From positions 147,376,001-147,440,000 of the forward strand of contig CM059431.1 in the NCBI GenBank assembly GCA_030390025.1: a DNA stretch of 64,000 nt. Reading direction: 5' to 3'. Within the stretch, counting starts at the first letter, position 1. Each line of letters opens with the position of its first letter. This DNA comes from Squalus acanthias (Eukaryota). The position numbers were made by a program, and so were the translations under genes. The notes under the pieces were generated by a model. That model made no database searches. It was given only the letters and a program-made list of their open reading frames with translations, and had not been told where the DNA came from. Shown here in pieces: positions 23,291 to 38,200 of this stretch.

Positions 23291-26200
23291 CAGCGATAGG
23301 GAGGATTGTAGGGGCTGGAGGAGGTTAGAGAGATCGGGAGGGTTGTAGGGGCTGGAGGACGTTACAGATATAGGGAGGGTTGTAGGGGCTGGAAGAGGTT
23401 ACATAGATAGGGAGGGTTGTAGGGACTGGAGGAGGTTACAGAGATAGGGAGGGTTGTAGGGACTGGAGGAGGTTACAGAGATAGGGAGGTTTGTAGAGGC
23501 TGGAGGATGTTACAGAGACAGGGAGGGTTGTAGGGGCTGGAGAGTGCTACACAGATAGGGAGGGTTGTAGGGGCTGGAGGATATTACAGAGATAGGGAGG
23601 GTTGTAGGTACTGGAGGAGGTTGCAGAGATAAGGAGGATTGTAGGGGCTGGAAGAGGTGACAGAGATAGGGAGGGTTGTAGGGCTGGAGGATATTACACA
23701 GATAGTGTGAGTTGTATGGGCTGGAGGAGGTTCCAGAGATAGGGAGGGTTGTAGGGGCTGGAAGAGGTTACATAGATAGGGAGGGTTGTAGGGACTGGAG
23801 GAGGTTACAGATATAGGGAGGGTTGTAGGGGCTGGAAGAGGTTACATAGATAGGGAGGGTTGTAGGGACTGGAGGAGGTTACAGAGATAGGGAGGGTTGT
23901 AGGGACTGGAGGAGGTTACAGAGATAGGGAGGGTTGTAGGGGCTGGAGAGTGCTACACAGATAGGGAGGGGTGTAGATGTTGGAGGAGGTTACAGAGATC
24001 GGGGGGATTGTAGGGGCTGGAGGAGGTTACAGAGATAGGGAGGATTGTAGGGGCTGGAGGAGGTTACAGAGATCGGGAGGGTTGTAGGGGCTGGAGGAGG
24101 TTACAGATATAGGGAGGGTTGTAGGGGCTGGAAGAGGTTACATAGATAGGGAGGGTTGTAGGGGCTGGAGGAGGTTACAGAGATAGGGAGGGTTGTAGTG
24201 ACTGGAGGAGGTTACAGAGATAGGGAGGGTTGTAGGGGCTGGAGAGTGCTACACAGATAGGGAGGGTTGTAGTGCTGGAGGAGGTTACAGAGATAGGGAG
24301 GGTTGTAGGGGCTGGAGGATATTACACAGATAGGGAGGGTTGTAGGGACTGGAGGAGGTTGCAGAGATAAGGAGGATTGTAGGGGCTGGAAGAGGTGACA
24401 GAGATAGGGAGGGTTGTAGGGCTGGAGGATATTACAGAGATAGTGTGAGTTGTATGGGCTGGAGGAGGTTACAGAGATAGGGAGGGTTGTAGGGGCTGAA
24501 GGAGGTTACAGCGATAGGGAGGGTTGTAGAGTCTGGAGGATATTACAGAGATAGGGAGGGTTGTAGGGGCTGGTGGAGGTTGCAGAGATAAGGAGGTTTG
24601 TAGGGGCTGGAAGAGGTGACAGAGATAGGGAGGGTTGTAGGGCTGGAGGATATTACAGAGATAGGGAGGGTTGTAGGGGCTGGAAGAGGTTACAGAGATA
24701 GGGAGGGTTGTAGGGACTGGAGGAGGTTACAGAGATAGGGAGGATTGTAGGGGCTGGGAGAGCTAACAGAGATAGGGAGGGTTGTAGGGGCTGGAGGAGG
24801 TTACAGCGATGGGGAGGGTTGTAGGGGCTGAAGGAGGTTACAGCGATAGGGAGGGTTGTAGAGCCTGGAGGATATTACGGAGATAGGGAGGGTTGTAGGG
24901 GCTGGAGGAGGTTGCAGAGATAAGGAGGTTTGTAGGGGCTGGAAGAGGTGACAGAGATAGGGAGGGTTGTAGGGCTGGAGGATATTACAGAGATAGGGAG
25001 GGTTGTAGGGGCTGCAAGAGGTTACAGAGATAGGGAGGGTTGTAGGGACTGGAGGAGGTTACAGAGATAGGGAGGATTGTAGGGGCTGGAAGAGGTGACA
25101 GAGATAGGGAGGGTTGTAGGGGCTGGAGGAGGTTACAGCGATAGGGAGTGTTGTAGGGGCTGGAGGAGGATACAGAAATAGGGAGGGTTGTAGGGGCTGG
25201 AGGAGGTTACAGAGATAGGGAGGGTTGTAGGGGCTGGAGGAGGTTACAGAGATAGGGAGGGTTGTAGGGCTGGAGGATATTACAGAGATAGGGAGAGTTG
25301 AAGGGGCTGGAGGAGGTTACAGAGATAGGGAGGATTGTAGGGGCTGGAAGAGGTGACAGAGATAGGGAGGGTTGTAGGGCTGGAGGAGTTTACAGCGATA
25401 GGGAGGGTTGTAGGGGCTGGAGGAGGATACAGAAATAGGGAGGGTTGTAGGGGCTGGTTGAGTTTACAGAGATAGGGAGGGTTGTAGGGGCTGAAGGAGG
25501 TTACAGCGATAGGGAGGGTTGTAGGGGCTGGAGGATATTACAGAGATAGGGAGGGTTGTAGGGGCTGGAGGAGGTTGCAGAGATAAGGAGGTTTGTAGGG
25601 GCTGGAAGAGGTGACAGAGATAGGGAGGTTTGTAGGGCTGGAGGATATTACAGAGATAGGGAGGGTTGTAGGGGCTGGAAGTGGTTACAGAGATAGGGAG
25701 GGTTGTAGGGACTGGAGGAGGTTACAGAGATAGGGAGGATTTTAGGGGCTGGAAGAGGTGACAGAGATAGGGAGGGTTGTAGGGGCTGGAGGAGGTTACA
25801 GCGATAGGGAGGGTTGTAGGGGCCGGAGGAGGATACAGAAATAGGGAGGATTGTAGGGGCTGGAGGAGGTTACAGAGATAGGGTGGGTTGTAGGGGCTGG
25901 AGTGGGTTACAGAGAGAGGGTGGGTTGTAGGGGCTGGAGGAGGTTACAGAGATAGGGAGGGTTGTAGGGGATAGAGGAGGTTACAGATATAGGGAGGGTT
26001 GTAGGGCTGGAAGAGGTTACAGAGATAGGGAGGGTTGTAGGGGATAGAGGAGGTTCCAGATATAGGGAGGGATGTAGGGCTGGAGGAGGTTACAGATATA
26101 CGGAGGTTTGTAGGGCTGAAGGAGGTTACAGATATAGGAAGAGTTGTAGGGGCTGGAGAAGGTTACAGAGATAGGGAGGTTTATGGGGCTGGATGAGGTT

Positions 26201-29200
26201 ACAGAGATATGCAGGTTTGTAAGGCTGAAGGAGGTTTCAGATATAAGGAGAGTTGTAGGGGCAGGAGAAGGTTACAGAGATAGGGAGGGTTGTAGGGGCT
26301 GAAGGAGGTTACAGCGATAGGGAGGGTTGTAGGGGCTGGAGGAGGTTACAGAGATCGGGAGGGTTGTAGGGGCTGGAGGAGGTTACAGATATAGGGAGGG
26401 TTGTAGGGGCTGGAAGAGGTTACATAGATAGGGAGGGTTGTAGGGACTGGAGGAGGTTACAGAGATAGGGAGGGTTGTAGGGACTGGAGGAGGTTACAGA
26501 GATAGGGAGGGTTGTAGGGGCTGGGGAGTGCTACACAGATAGGGAGGGGTGTAGATGTTGGAGGAGGTTACAGAGATCGGGGGGATTGTTGGGGCTGGAG
26601 GAGGTTACAGAGATAGGGAGGATTGTAGGGGCTGGAGGAGGTTACAGAGATCGGGAGGGTTGTAGGGGCTGGAGGAGGTTACAGATATAGGGAGGGTTGT
26701 AGGGGCTGGAAGAGGTTACATAGATAGGGAGGGTTGTAGGGGCTGGAGGAGGTTACAGAGATAGGGAGGGTTGTAGGGACTGGAGGAGGTTACAGAGATA
26801 GGGAGGGTTGTAGGGGCTGGAGAGTGCTACACAGATAGGGAGGGTTGTAGTGCTGGAGGAGGTTACAGAGATAGGGAGGGTTGTAGGGGCTGGAGGATAT
26901 TACACAGATAGGGAGGGTTGTTAGGGACTGGAGGAGGTTGCAGAGATAAGGAGGATTGTAGGGGCTGGAAGAGGGGACAGAGATAGGGAGGGTTGTAGGG
27001 CTGGAGGATATTACACAGATAGTGTGAGTTGTATGGGCTGGAGGAGGTTAAAGAGATAGGGAGGGTTGTAGGGGCTGAAGGAGGTTACAGCGATAGGGAG
27101 GGTTGTAGAGTCTGGAGGATATTACAGAGATAGGGAGGGTTGTAGGGGCTGGAGGAGGTTGCAGAGATAAGGAGGTTTGTAGGGGCTGGAAGAGGTGACA
27201 GAGATAGGGAGGGTTGTAGGGCTGGAGGATATTACAGAGATAGGGAGGGTTGTAGGGGTTGGAGGAGGTTACAGAGATAGGGAGGGTTGTAGGGACTGGA
27301 GGAGGTTACAGAGATAGGGAGGATTGTAGGGGCTGGGAGAGCTAACAGAGATAGGGAGGGTTGTAGGGGCTGGAGGAGGTTACAGCGATAGGGAGGGTTG
27401 TAGGGGCTGAAGGAGGTTACAGCGATAGGGAGGGTTGTAGAGCCTGGAGGATATTACGGAGATAGGGAGGGTTGTAGGGGCTGGAGGAGGTTGCAGAGAT
27501 AAGGAGGTTTGTAGGGGCTGGAAGAGGTGACAGAGATAGGGAGGGTTGTAGGGTGGAGGATATTACAGAGATAGGGAGGGTTGTAGGGGCTGCAAGAGGT
27601 TACAGAGATAGGGAGGGTTGTAGGGACTGGAGGAGGTTACAGAGATACGGAGGATTGTAGGGGCTGGAAGAGGTGACAGAGATAGGGAGGGTTGTAGGGG
27701 CTGGAGGAGGTTACAGCGATAGGGAGTGTTGTAGGGGCTGGAGGAGGATACATAAATAGGGAGGGTTGTAGGGGCTGGAGGAGGTTACAGAGATAGGGAG
27801 GGTTGTAGGGGCTGGAGGAGGTTACAGAGATTGGGAGGGTTGTAGGGCTGGAGGATATTACAGAGATAGGGAGAGTTGAAGGGGCTGGAGGAGGTTACAG
27901 AGATAGGGAGGATTGTAGGGGCTGGAAGAGGTGACAGAGATAGGGAGGGTTGTAGGGCTGGAGGAGTTTACAGCGATAGGGAGGGTTGTAGGGGCTGGAG
28001 GAGGATACAGAAATAGGGAGGGTTGTAGGGGCTGGTTGAGTTTACAGAGATAGGGAGGGTTGTAGGGGCTGAAGGAGGTTACAGCGATAGGGAGGGTTGT
28101 AGGGGCTGGAGGATATTACAGAGATAGGGAGGGTTGTAGGGGCTGGAGGAGGTTGCAGAGATAAGGAGGTTTGTAGGGGCTGGAAGAGGTGACAGAGATA
28201 GGGAGGGTTGTAGGGCTGGAGGATATTACAGAGATAGGGAGGGTTGTAGGGGCTGGAAGTGGTTACAGAGATAGGGAGGGTTGTAGGGACTGGAGGAGGT
28301 TACAGAGATAGGGAGGATTTTAGGGGCTGGAAGAGGTGACAGAGATAGGGAGGGTTGTAGGGGCTGGAGGAGGTTACAGCGATAGGGAGGGTTGTAGGGG
28401 CCGGAGGAGGATACAGAAATAGGGAGGATTGTAGGGGCTGGAGGAGGTTACAGAGATAGGGAGGGTTGTAGGGGCTGGAGTGGGTTACAGAGAGAGGGTG
28501 GGTTGTAGGGGCTGGAGGAGGTTACAGAGATAGGGAGGGTTGTAGGGGATAGAGGAGGTTACAGATATAGGGAGGGTTGTAGGGCTGGAAGAGGTTACAG
28601 AGATAGGGAGGGTTGTAGGGGATAGAGGAGGTTCCAGATATAGGGAGGGTTGTAGGGCTGGAGGAGGTTACAGATATACGGAGGTTTGTAGGGCTGAAGG
28701 AGGTTACAGATATAGGAAGAGTTGTAGGGGCTGGAGAAGGTTACAGAGATAGGGAGGTTTATGGGGCTGGATGAGGTTACAGAGATATGCAGGTTTGTAA
28801 GGCTGAAGGAGGTTTCAGATATAAGGAGAGTTGTAGGGGCAGGAGAAGGTTACAGAGATAGGGAGTGTTGAAGGGGCTGAAGGAGGTTACAGCGATAGGG
28901 AGGGTTGTAGGGGCTGGAGGAGGTTACAGAGATCGGGAGGGTTGTAGGGGCTGGAGGAGGTTACAGATATAGGGAGGGTTGTAGGGGCTGGAAGAGGTTA
29001 CATAGATAGGGAGGGTTGTAGGGACTGGAGGAGGTTACAGAGATAGGGAGGGTTGTAGGGACTGGAGGAGGTTACAGAGATAGGGAGGGTTGTAGGGGCT
29101 GGGGAGTGCTACACAGATAGGGAGGGGTGTAGATGTTGGAGGAGGTTACAGAGATCGGGGGGATTGTAGGGGCTGGAGGAGGTTACAGAGATAGGGAGGA

Positions 29201-32200
29201 TTGTAGGGGCTGGAGGAGGTTACAGAGATCGGGAGGGTTGTAGGGGCTGGAGGAGGTTACAGATATAGGGAGGGTTGTAGGGGCTGGAAGAGGTTACATA
29301 GATAGGGAGGGTTGTAGGGGCTGGAGGAGGTTACAGAGATAGGGAGGGTTGTAGGGACTGGAGGAGGTTACAGAGATAGGGAGGGTTGTAGGGGCTGGAG
29401 AGTGCTACACAGATAGGGAGGGTTGTAGTGCTGGAGGAGGTTACAGAGATAGGGAGGGTTGTAGGGGCTGGAGGATATTACACAGATAGGGAGGGTTGTA
29501 GGGACTGGAGGAGGTTGCAGAGATAAGGAGGATTGTAGGGGCTGGAAGAGGGGACAGAGATAGGGAGGGTTGTAGGGCTGGAGGATATTACACAGATAGT
29601 GTGAGTTGTATGGGCTGGAGGAGGTTACAGAGATAGGGAGGGTTGTAGGGGCTGAAGGAGGTTACAGCGATAGGGAGGGTTGTAGAGTCTGGAGGATATT
29701 ACAGAGATAGGGAGGGTTGTAGGGGCTGGAGGAGGTTGCAGAGATAAGGAGGTTTGTAGGGGCTGGAAGAGGTGACAGAGATAGGGAGGGTTGTAGGGCT
29801 GGAGGATATTACAGAGATAGGGAGGGTTGTAGGGGCTGGAAGAGGTTACAGAGATAGGGAGGGTTGTAGGGACTGGAGGAGGTTACAGAGATAGGGAGGA
29901 TTGTAGGGGCTGGAAGAGCTAACAGAGATAGGGAGGGTTGTAGGGGCTGGAGGAGGTTACAGCGATAGGGAGGGTTGTAGAGTCTGGAGGATATTACAGA
30001 GATAGGGAGGGTTGTAGGGGCTGGAGGAGGTTGCAGAGATAAGGAGGTTTGTAGGGGCTGGAAGAGGTGACAGAGATAGGGAGGGTTGTAGGGCTGGAGG
30101 ATATTACAGAGATAGGGAGGGTTGTAGGGGCTGCAAGAGGTTACAGAGATAGGGAGGGTTGTAGGGACTGGAGGAGGTTACAGAGATAGGGAGGATTGTA
30201 GGGGCTGGAAGAGGTGACAGAGATAGGGAGGGTTGTAGGGGCTGGAGGAGGTTACAGCGATAGGGAGGGTTGTAGGGGCAGAGAGGAGGATACAGAAATA
30301 GGGAGGGTTGTAGGGGCTGGAGGAGGTTACAGAGATAGGGAGGGTTGTAGGGGCTGGAGGAGGTTACAGAGATAGGGAGGGTTGTAGGGCTGGTGGATAT
30401 TACAGAGATAGGGAGAGTTGTAGGGGCTGGAGGAGGTTACAGAGATAGGGAGGATTGTAGGGGCTGGAAGAGGTGACAGAGATAGGGAGGGTTGTAGGGC
30501 TGGAGGAGGTTACAGCGATAGGGAGAGTTGTAGGGGCTGGAGGAGGATACAGAAATAGGGAGGGTTGTAGGGGCTGGTTGAGTTTACAGAGATAGGGAGG
30601 GTTGTAGGGGCTGAAGGAGGTTACAGCGATAGGGAGGGTTGTAGGGGCTGGAGGATATTACAGAGATAGGGAGGGTTGTAGGGGCTGGAGGAGGTTGCAG
30701 AGCTAAGGAGGATTGTAGGGGCTGGAAGAGGTGACAGAGATAGGGAGGGTTGTAGGGCTGGAGGATATTACACAGATAGTGTGAGTTGTATGGGCTGGAG
30801 GAGGTTACAGAGATAGGGAGGGTTGTAGGGGCTGAAGGAGGTTACAGCGATAGGGAGGGTTGTAGGGGCTGGAGGAGGAGGTTACAGAGATCGGGAGGGT
30901 TGTAGGGGCTGGAGGAGGTTACAGATATAGGGAGGGTTGTAGGGGCTGGAAGAGGTTACATAGATAGGGAGGGTTGTAGGGACTGGAGGAGGTTACAGAG
31001 ATAGGGAGGGTTGTAGGGACTGGAGGAGGTTACAGAGATAGGGAGGGTTGTAGGGGCTGGAGAGTGCTACACAGATAGGGAGGGGTGTAGATGTTGGAGG
31101 AGGTTACAGAGATCGGGGGGATTGTAGGGGCTGGAGGAGGTTACAGAGTTAGGGAGGATTGTAGGGGCTGGAGGAGGTTACAGAGATCGGGAGGGTTGTA
31201 GGGGCTGGAGGAGGTTACAGATATAGGGAGGGTTGTAGGTCTGGAAGAGGTTACATAGATAGGGAGGGTTGTAGGGGCTGGAGGAGGTTACAGAGATAGG
31301 GAGGGTTGTAGGGACTGGAGGAGGTTACAGAGATAGGGAGGGTTGTAGGGGCTGGAGAGTGCTACACAGATAGGGAGGGTTGTAGTGCTGGAGGAGGTTA
31401 CAGAGATAGGGAGGGTTGTAGGGGCTGGAGGATATTACACAGATAGGGAGGGTTGTAGGGACTGGAGGAGGTTGCAGAGATAAGGAGGATTGTAGGGGCT
31501 GGAAGAGGTGACAGAGATAGGGAGGGTTGTAGGGCTGGAGGATATTACACAGATAGTGTGAGTTGTATGGGCTGGAGGAGGTTACAGAGATAGGGAGGGT
31601 TGTAGGGGCTGAAGGAGGTTACAGCGATAGGGAGGGTTGTAGAGTCTGGAGGTTATTACAGAGATAGGGAGGGTTGTAGGGGCTCGAGGAGGTTGCAGAG
31701 ATAAGGAGGTTTGTAGGGGCTGGAAGAGATGACAGAGATAGGGAGGGTTGTAGGGCTGGAGGATATTACAGAGATAGGGAGCGTTGTAGGGGCTGGAAGA
31801 TGTTACAGAGATAGGGAGGGTTGTAGGGACTGGAGGAGGTTACAGAGATAGGGAGGATTGTAGGGGCTGGAAGAGCTAACAGAGATAGGGAGGGTTGTAG
31901 GGGCTGGAGGAGGTTACAGCGATAGGGAGGGTTGTAGGGGCTGAAGGAGGTTACAGCGATAGGGAGGGTTGTAGAGTCTGGAGGATATTACAGAGATAGG
32001 GAGGGTTGTAGGGGCTGGAGCAGGTTGCAGAGATAAGGAGGTTTGTAGGGGCTGGAAGAGGTGACAGAGATAGGGAGGGTTGTAGGGCTGGAGGATATTA
32101 CAGAGATAGGGAGGGTTGTAGGGGCTGCAAGAGGTTACAGAGATAGGGAGGGTTGTAGGGACTGGAGGAGGTTACAGAGATAGGGAGGATTGTAGGGGCT

Positions 32201-35200
32201 GGAAGAGGTGACAGAGATAGGGAGGGTTATAGGGGCTGGAGGAGGTTACAGCGATAGGGAGGGTTGTAGGGCCTGGAGGAGGATACAGAAATAGGGAGGG
32301 TTGTAGGGGCTGGAGAGGTTACAGAGATAGGGAGGGTTGTAGGGGCTGGAGGAGGTTACAGAGATAGGGAGGGTTGTAGGGCTGGAGGATATTACAGAGA
32401 TAGGGAGAGATGTAGGGGCTGGAGGAGGTTACAGAGATAGGGAGGATTGTAGGGGCTGGAAGAGGTGACAGAGATAGGGAGGGTTGTAGGGCTGGAGGAG
32501 GTTACAGCGATAGGGAGGGTTGTAGGGGCTGGAGGAGGATACAGAAATAGGGAGGGTTGTAGGGGCTGGTTGAGTTTACAGAGATAGGGAGGGTTGTAGG
32601 GGCTGAAGGAGGTTACAGCGATAGGGAGGGTTGTAGGGGCTGGAGGATATTACAGAGATAGGGAGGGTTGTAGGTGCTGGAGGAGGTTGCAGAGATAAGA
32701 AGGTTTGTAGGGGCTGGAAGAGGTGACAGAGATAGGGAGGGTTGTAGGGCTGGAGGATATTACAGAGATAGGGAGGGTTGTAGGGGCTGGAAGTGGTTAC
32801 AGAGATAGGGAGGGTTGTAGGGACTGGAGGAGGTTACAGAGATAGGGAGGATTGTAGGGGCTGGAAGAGGTGACAGAGATAGGGAGGGTTGTAGGGGCTG
32901 GAGAAGGTTACAGCGAAAGGGAGGGTTGTAGGGGCCGGAGGGGGATACAGAAATAGGGAGGATTGTAGGGGCTGGAGGAGGTTACAGAGATAGGGAGGGT
33001 TGTAGGGGCTGGAGTGTGTTACAGAGAGAGGGTGGGTTGTAGGGGCTGGAGGAGGTTACAGAGATAGGGAGGGTTGTAGGGGATAGAGGAGGTTACAGAT
33101 ATAGGGAGGGTTGTATGGCTGGAGGAGGTTACAGAGATAGGGAGGGTTGTAGGGGATAGAGGAGGTTCCAGATATAGGGAGGGTTGTAGGGCTGGAGGAG
33201 GTTACAGATATAGGGAGGTTTGTAGGGCTGAAGGAGGTTACAGATATAGGAAGAGTTGTAGGGGCTGGAGAAGGTTACAGAGATAGGGAGGTTTATGGGG
33301 CTGGATGAGGTTACAGAGATATGCAGGTTTGTAAGGCTGAAGGAGGTTTCAGATATAAGGAGAGTTGTAGGGGCAGGAGAAGGTTACAGAGATAGGGAGG
33401 GATGTAGGGCTGGAGGAGGTTACAGAGATGGGGAGGATTGTAGGGGCTGGAGGAGGTTACAGAGATCGGGAGGGTTGTAGGGCTGGATGAGGTTACAGGG
33501 ACAGGGAGGGTTGTAGGGACTGGAGGAGGTTACAGAGATAGGGAGGGTTGTCGGGCTGGAGGAGGTTACAAAGATGGGGAGGATTATAGGGGCTGGAGGA
33601 TGTTACAGCGACAGGGAGGGGTGTAGATGCTGGAGGAGGTTACAGAGATAGGGAGGATTGTAGGGGCTGGAGGAGGTTACATAGATAGGGAGGGTTGTAG
33701 GGCTGGAGGAGGTTACAGCGATAGGGAGGATTGTCGGGGCTGGAGGAGGATACAGAAATAGGGAGGATTGTCGGGGCTGGTTGAGTTTACAGAGATAGGG
33801 AGGGTTGTAGGGGCTGAAGGAGGTTACAGCGATAGGGAGGGTTGTAGGGGCTGGAGGATATTACAGAGATAGGGAGGGTTGTAGGGGCTGGAGGAGGTTA
33901 CAGCGATAGGGAGGGTTGTAGGGGCTGGAGGATATTACAGAGATAGGGAGGGTTGTAGGGGCTGGAGGAGGTTACAGCGATAGGGAGGGTTGTAGGGGCT
34001 GGAAGAGGTGACAGAGATAGGGAGGGTTGTAGGGCTGGAGGATATTACAGAGATAGGGAGGGTTGTAGGGGCTGGAAGAGGTTACAGAGATAGGGAGGGT
34101 TGTAGGGACTGGAGGAGGCTACAGAGGTAGGGAGGATTGTAGGGGCTGGAAGAGGTGACAGTCATAGGGAGGGTTGTAGGGGCTGGAGGAGGTTACAGCG
34201 ATAGGGAGGGTTGTAGGGGCTGGAGGAGGATACAGAAATAGGGAGGGTTGTAGGGGCTGGAGGAGGTTACAGAGATAGGGAGGGTTGTAGGGGCTGGAGG
34301 AGGTTACAGAGATAGCGAGGGTTGTAGGGCTGGAGGATATTACAGAGATAGGGAGAGTTTTAGGGGCTGGAGGAGGTTACAGAGATAGGGAGGGTTGTAG
34401 GGACTGGAGGAGGCTACAGAGATAGGGAGGATTGTAGGGGCTGGAAGAGGTGACAGTCATAGGGAGGGTTGTAGGGGCTGGAGGAGGTTACAGCGATAGG
34501 GAGGGTTGTAGGGGCTGGAGCAGGATACAGAAATAGGGAGGGTTGTAGGGGCTGGAGGAGGTTACAGAGATAGGGAGGGTTGTAGGGGCTGGAGGAGGTT
34601 ACAGAGATAGGGAGGGTTGTAGGGCTGGAGGATATTACAGAGATAGGGAGAGTTGTAGGGGCTGGAGGAGGTTACAGAGATAGGGCGGGTTGTAGGGACT
34701 GGCGGAGGTTACAGAGATAGGGAGGATTGTAGGGGTGGAAGAGGTGACAGAGATAGGGAGTGTTGTAGGGCTGGAGGAGGTTACAGCGATAGGGAGGGTT
34801 GTAGGGGCTGGAGGAGGATACAGAAATAGGGAGGATTGTACGGGCTGGTTGAGTTTACAGAGATAGGGAGGGTTGTAGGGGCTGAAGGAGGTTACAGCGA
34901 TAGGGAGGGTTGTAGGGGCTGGAGGAGTTTGCAGAGATAAGGAGGTTTGTAGGGGCTGGAAGAGGTGACAGAGATAGGGAGGGTTGTAGGGCTGGAGGAT
35001 ATTACAGAGATAGGGAGGGTTGTAGGGGCTGGAAGAGGTTACAGAGATAGGGAGGGTTGTAGGGACTGGAGGAGGTTACAGAGATAGGGAGGATTGTAGG
35101 AGCTGGAAGAGGTGACAGAGATAGGGAGGGTTGTAGGGGCTGGAGGAGGTTACAGCGATAGGGAGGATTGTAGGGGCTGGAGGAGGTTACAGAGATAGGG

Positions 35201-38200
35201 AGGGTTGTAGGGGCTGGAGGAGGTTACAGCGATAGGGAGGGTTGTAGGGGCTGGAGGAGGATACAGAAATAGGGAGGATTGTAGGGGCTGGAGGAGGTTA
35301 CAGAGAAAGGGAGGGTTGTAGGGGTTGGAGGAGGTTACAGAGATAGGGAGGGTTGTAGGGGCTGGAGGAGGTTACAGAGATAGGGAGGGTTGTAGGGGCT
35401 GGAGGAGGTTACAGAGATAGGGAGGGTTGTAGGGGCTGGAGCAGGTTACACAGATACGGAGGGTTGTAGGGGCTGGAGGATATTACAGAGATAGGGAGGG
35501 TTAAATGGCTGGAAGAGGTTACAGAGAGAGGGAGGGTTGTTGGGACTGCAGGATATTACAGGATAGGGAGGGTTGTAGGGCTGGAGGAGGTTTCAAAGAT
35601 AGGGAGGGTTGTAGGGGATAGAGGAGGTTCCAGATATAGGGAAGGTTGTAGGGCTGGAGGAGCTTACAGATATAGGGAGGTTTGTAGGGCTGAAGGAGGT
35701 TACAGAGATAGGAAGATTTGTAGGGGCTGGAGAAGGTTACAGAGATAGGGAGGTTTATGGGGCTGGATGAGGTTACAGAGATATGCAGGTTGTAAGGCTG
35801 AAGGAGGTTTCAGATATAAGGAGAGTTGTCGGGGCAGGAGAAGGTTACAGAGATAGGGAGGGATGTAGGGCTGGAGGAGGTAACAGAGATGGGGAGGATT
35901 GTAGGGGCTGGAGGAGGTTACAGAGATAGGGAGGATTGTCGGGTCTGGAGGAGGTTACAGAGATCGGGAGGGTTGTAGGGGCTGGAGGAGGTTACAGAGA
36001 TAGGGAGGGTTGAAGGGGCTGGAGGAGGTTACAGAGATAGGGAGTGTTGTAGGGGCTGGAGGAGGTTACAGAGATAGGGAGGGTTGTAGGGGCTGGAGGA
36101 TGTTACAGAGATAGGGAGGGTTGTAGGGGCTGGATGAGGTTACAGAGATAGGGTTGTAGGGCTGGAGGAGGTTACAGAGATAGGGAGTGTTGTAGGGCTG
36201 GAGGAGGTTACAGCGATAGGGAGGGTTGTAGGGGCTGGAGGAGGATACAGAAATAGGGAGGATTGTACGGGCTGGTTGAGTTTACAGAGATAGGGAGGGT
36301 TGTAGGGGCTGAAGGAGGTTACAGCGATAGGGAGGGTTGTAGGGGCTGGAGGAGTTTGCAGAGATAAGGAGGTTTGTAGGGGCTGGAAGAGGTGACAGAG
36401 ATAGGGAGGGTTGTAGGGCTGGAGGATATTACAGAGATAGGGAGGGTTGTAGGGGCTGGAAGAGGTTACAGAGATAGGGAGGGTTGTAGGGACTGGAGGA
36501 GGTTACAGAGATAGGGAGGATTGTAGGAGCTGGAAGAGGTGACAGAGATAGGGAGGGTTGTAGGGGCTGGAGGAGGTTACAGCGATAGGGAGGATTGTAG
36601 GGGCTGGAGGAGGTTACAGAGATAGGGAGGGTTGTAGGGGCTGGAGGAGGTTACAGCGATAGGGAGGGTTGTAGGGGCTGGAGGAGGTTACAGAGATAGG
36701 GAGGGTTGTAGGGGCTGGAGGAGGTTACAGAGATAGGGAGGGTTGTAGGGGCTGGAGCAGGTTACACAGATAGGGAGGGTTGTAGGGGCTGGAGGATATT
36801 ACAGAGATAGGGAGGGTTAAATGGCTGGAAGAGGTTACAGAGAGAGGGAGGGTTGTTGGGACTGCAGGATATTACAGGATAGGGAGGGTTGTAGGGCTGG
36901 AGGAGGTTTCAAAGATAGGGAGGGTTGTAGGGGATAGAGGAGGTTCCAGATATAGGGAAGGTTGTAGGGCTGGAGGAGGTTACAGATATAGGGAGGTTTG
37001 TAGGGCTGAAGGAGGTTACAGAGATAGGAAGATTTGTAGGGGCTGGAGAAGGTTACAGAGATAGGGAGGTTTATGGGGCTGGATGAGGTTACAGAGATAT
37101 GCAGGTTGTAAGGCTGAAGGAGGTTTCAGATATAAGGAGAGTTGTCGGGGCAGGAGAAGGTTACAGAGATAGGGAGGGATGTAGGGCTGGAGGAGGTAAC
37201 AGAGATGGGGAGGATTGTAGGGGCTGGAGGAGGTTACAGAGATAGGGAGGATTGTCGGGTCTGGAGGAGGTTACAGAGATCGGGAGGGTTGTAGGGGCTG
37301 GAGGAGGTTACAGAGATAGGGAGGGTTGAAGGGGCTGGAGGAGGTTACAGAGATAGGGAGTGTTGTAGGGGCTGGAGGAGGTTACAGAGATAGGGAGGGT
37401 TGTAGGGGCTGGAGGATGTTACAGAGATAGGGAGGGTTGTAGGGGCTGGATGAGGTTACAGAGATAGGGTTGTAGGGCTGGAGGAGGTTACAGAGATAGG
37501 GAGTGTTGTAGGGCTGGAGGAGGTTACAGCGATAGGGAGGGTTGTAGGGGCTGGAGGAGATTACAGAGATAGGGAGGGTTGGAGGGGCTGGAGGCGGTTA
37601 CAGAGATTGTCAGGGTTGGAGGGGCTGGAGGAGGTTACAGAGATAAGGAGGGTTGTAGGGGCTGGAGAGGTTACAGAGATAGGGAGGGTTGTAGGGGCTG
37701 GAGGAGGTTACAGAGATAGGAGGTTTGTAGGGGCTGGAGGAGGTTACAGAGATAGGGAGGGTTGTAGGGCTGGAGGAGGTTACAGAGATAGGGAGGGTTG
37801 TAGGGCTGGAGGAGGTTACAGAGATAGGGAGGGTTGTAGGGCTGGAGGAGGTTACAGAGATAGGGAGGGTTGTAGGAGCTGGAGGAGGTTACAGAGATAG
37901 GGAGGGTTGTAGGGGCTGGAGGAGGTTACAGAGATAGGGAGGGTTGTAGGGGCTGGAGGAGGTTACAGAGATAGGGAGGGTTGTAGGGGCTGGAGGAGGT
38001 TACAGCGATAGGGAGGGTTGTAGGGGCTGGAGGAGGATACAGAGAATAGGGAGGGTTGTAGGGGCTGGAGGAGGTTACAGAGATAGGGAGGGTTGTAGGG
38101 GCTGGAGGAGGTTACAGAGAAAGGGAGGGTTGTAGGGCTGGAGGAGATTACAGAGATAGGGAGGGTTGTAGGGGTGGAGGAGGTTACAGAGATAGGGAAG

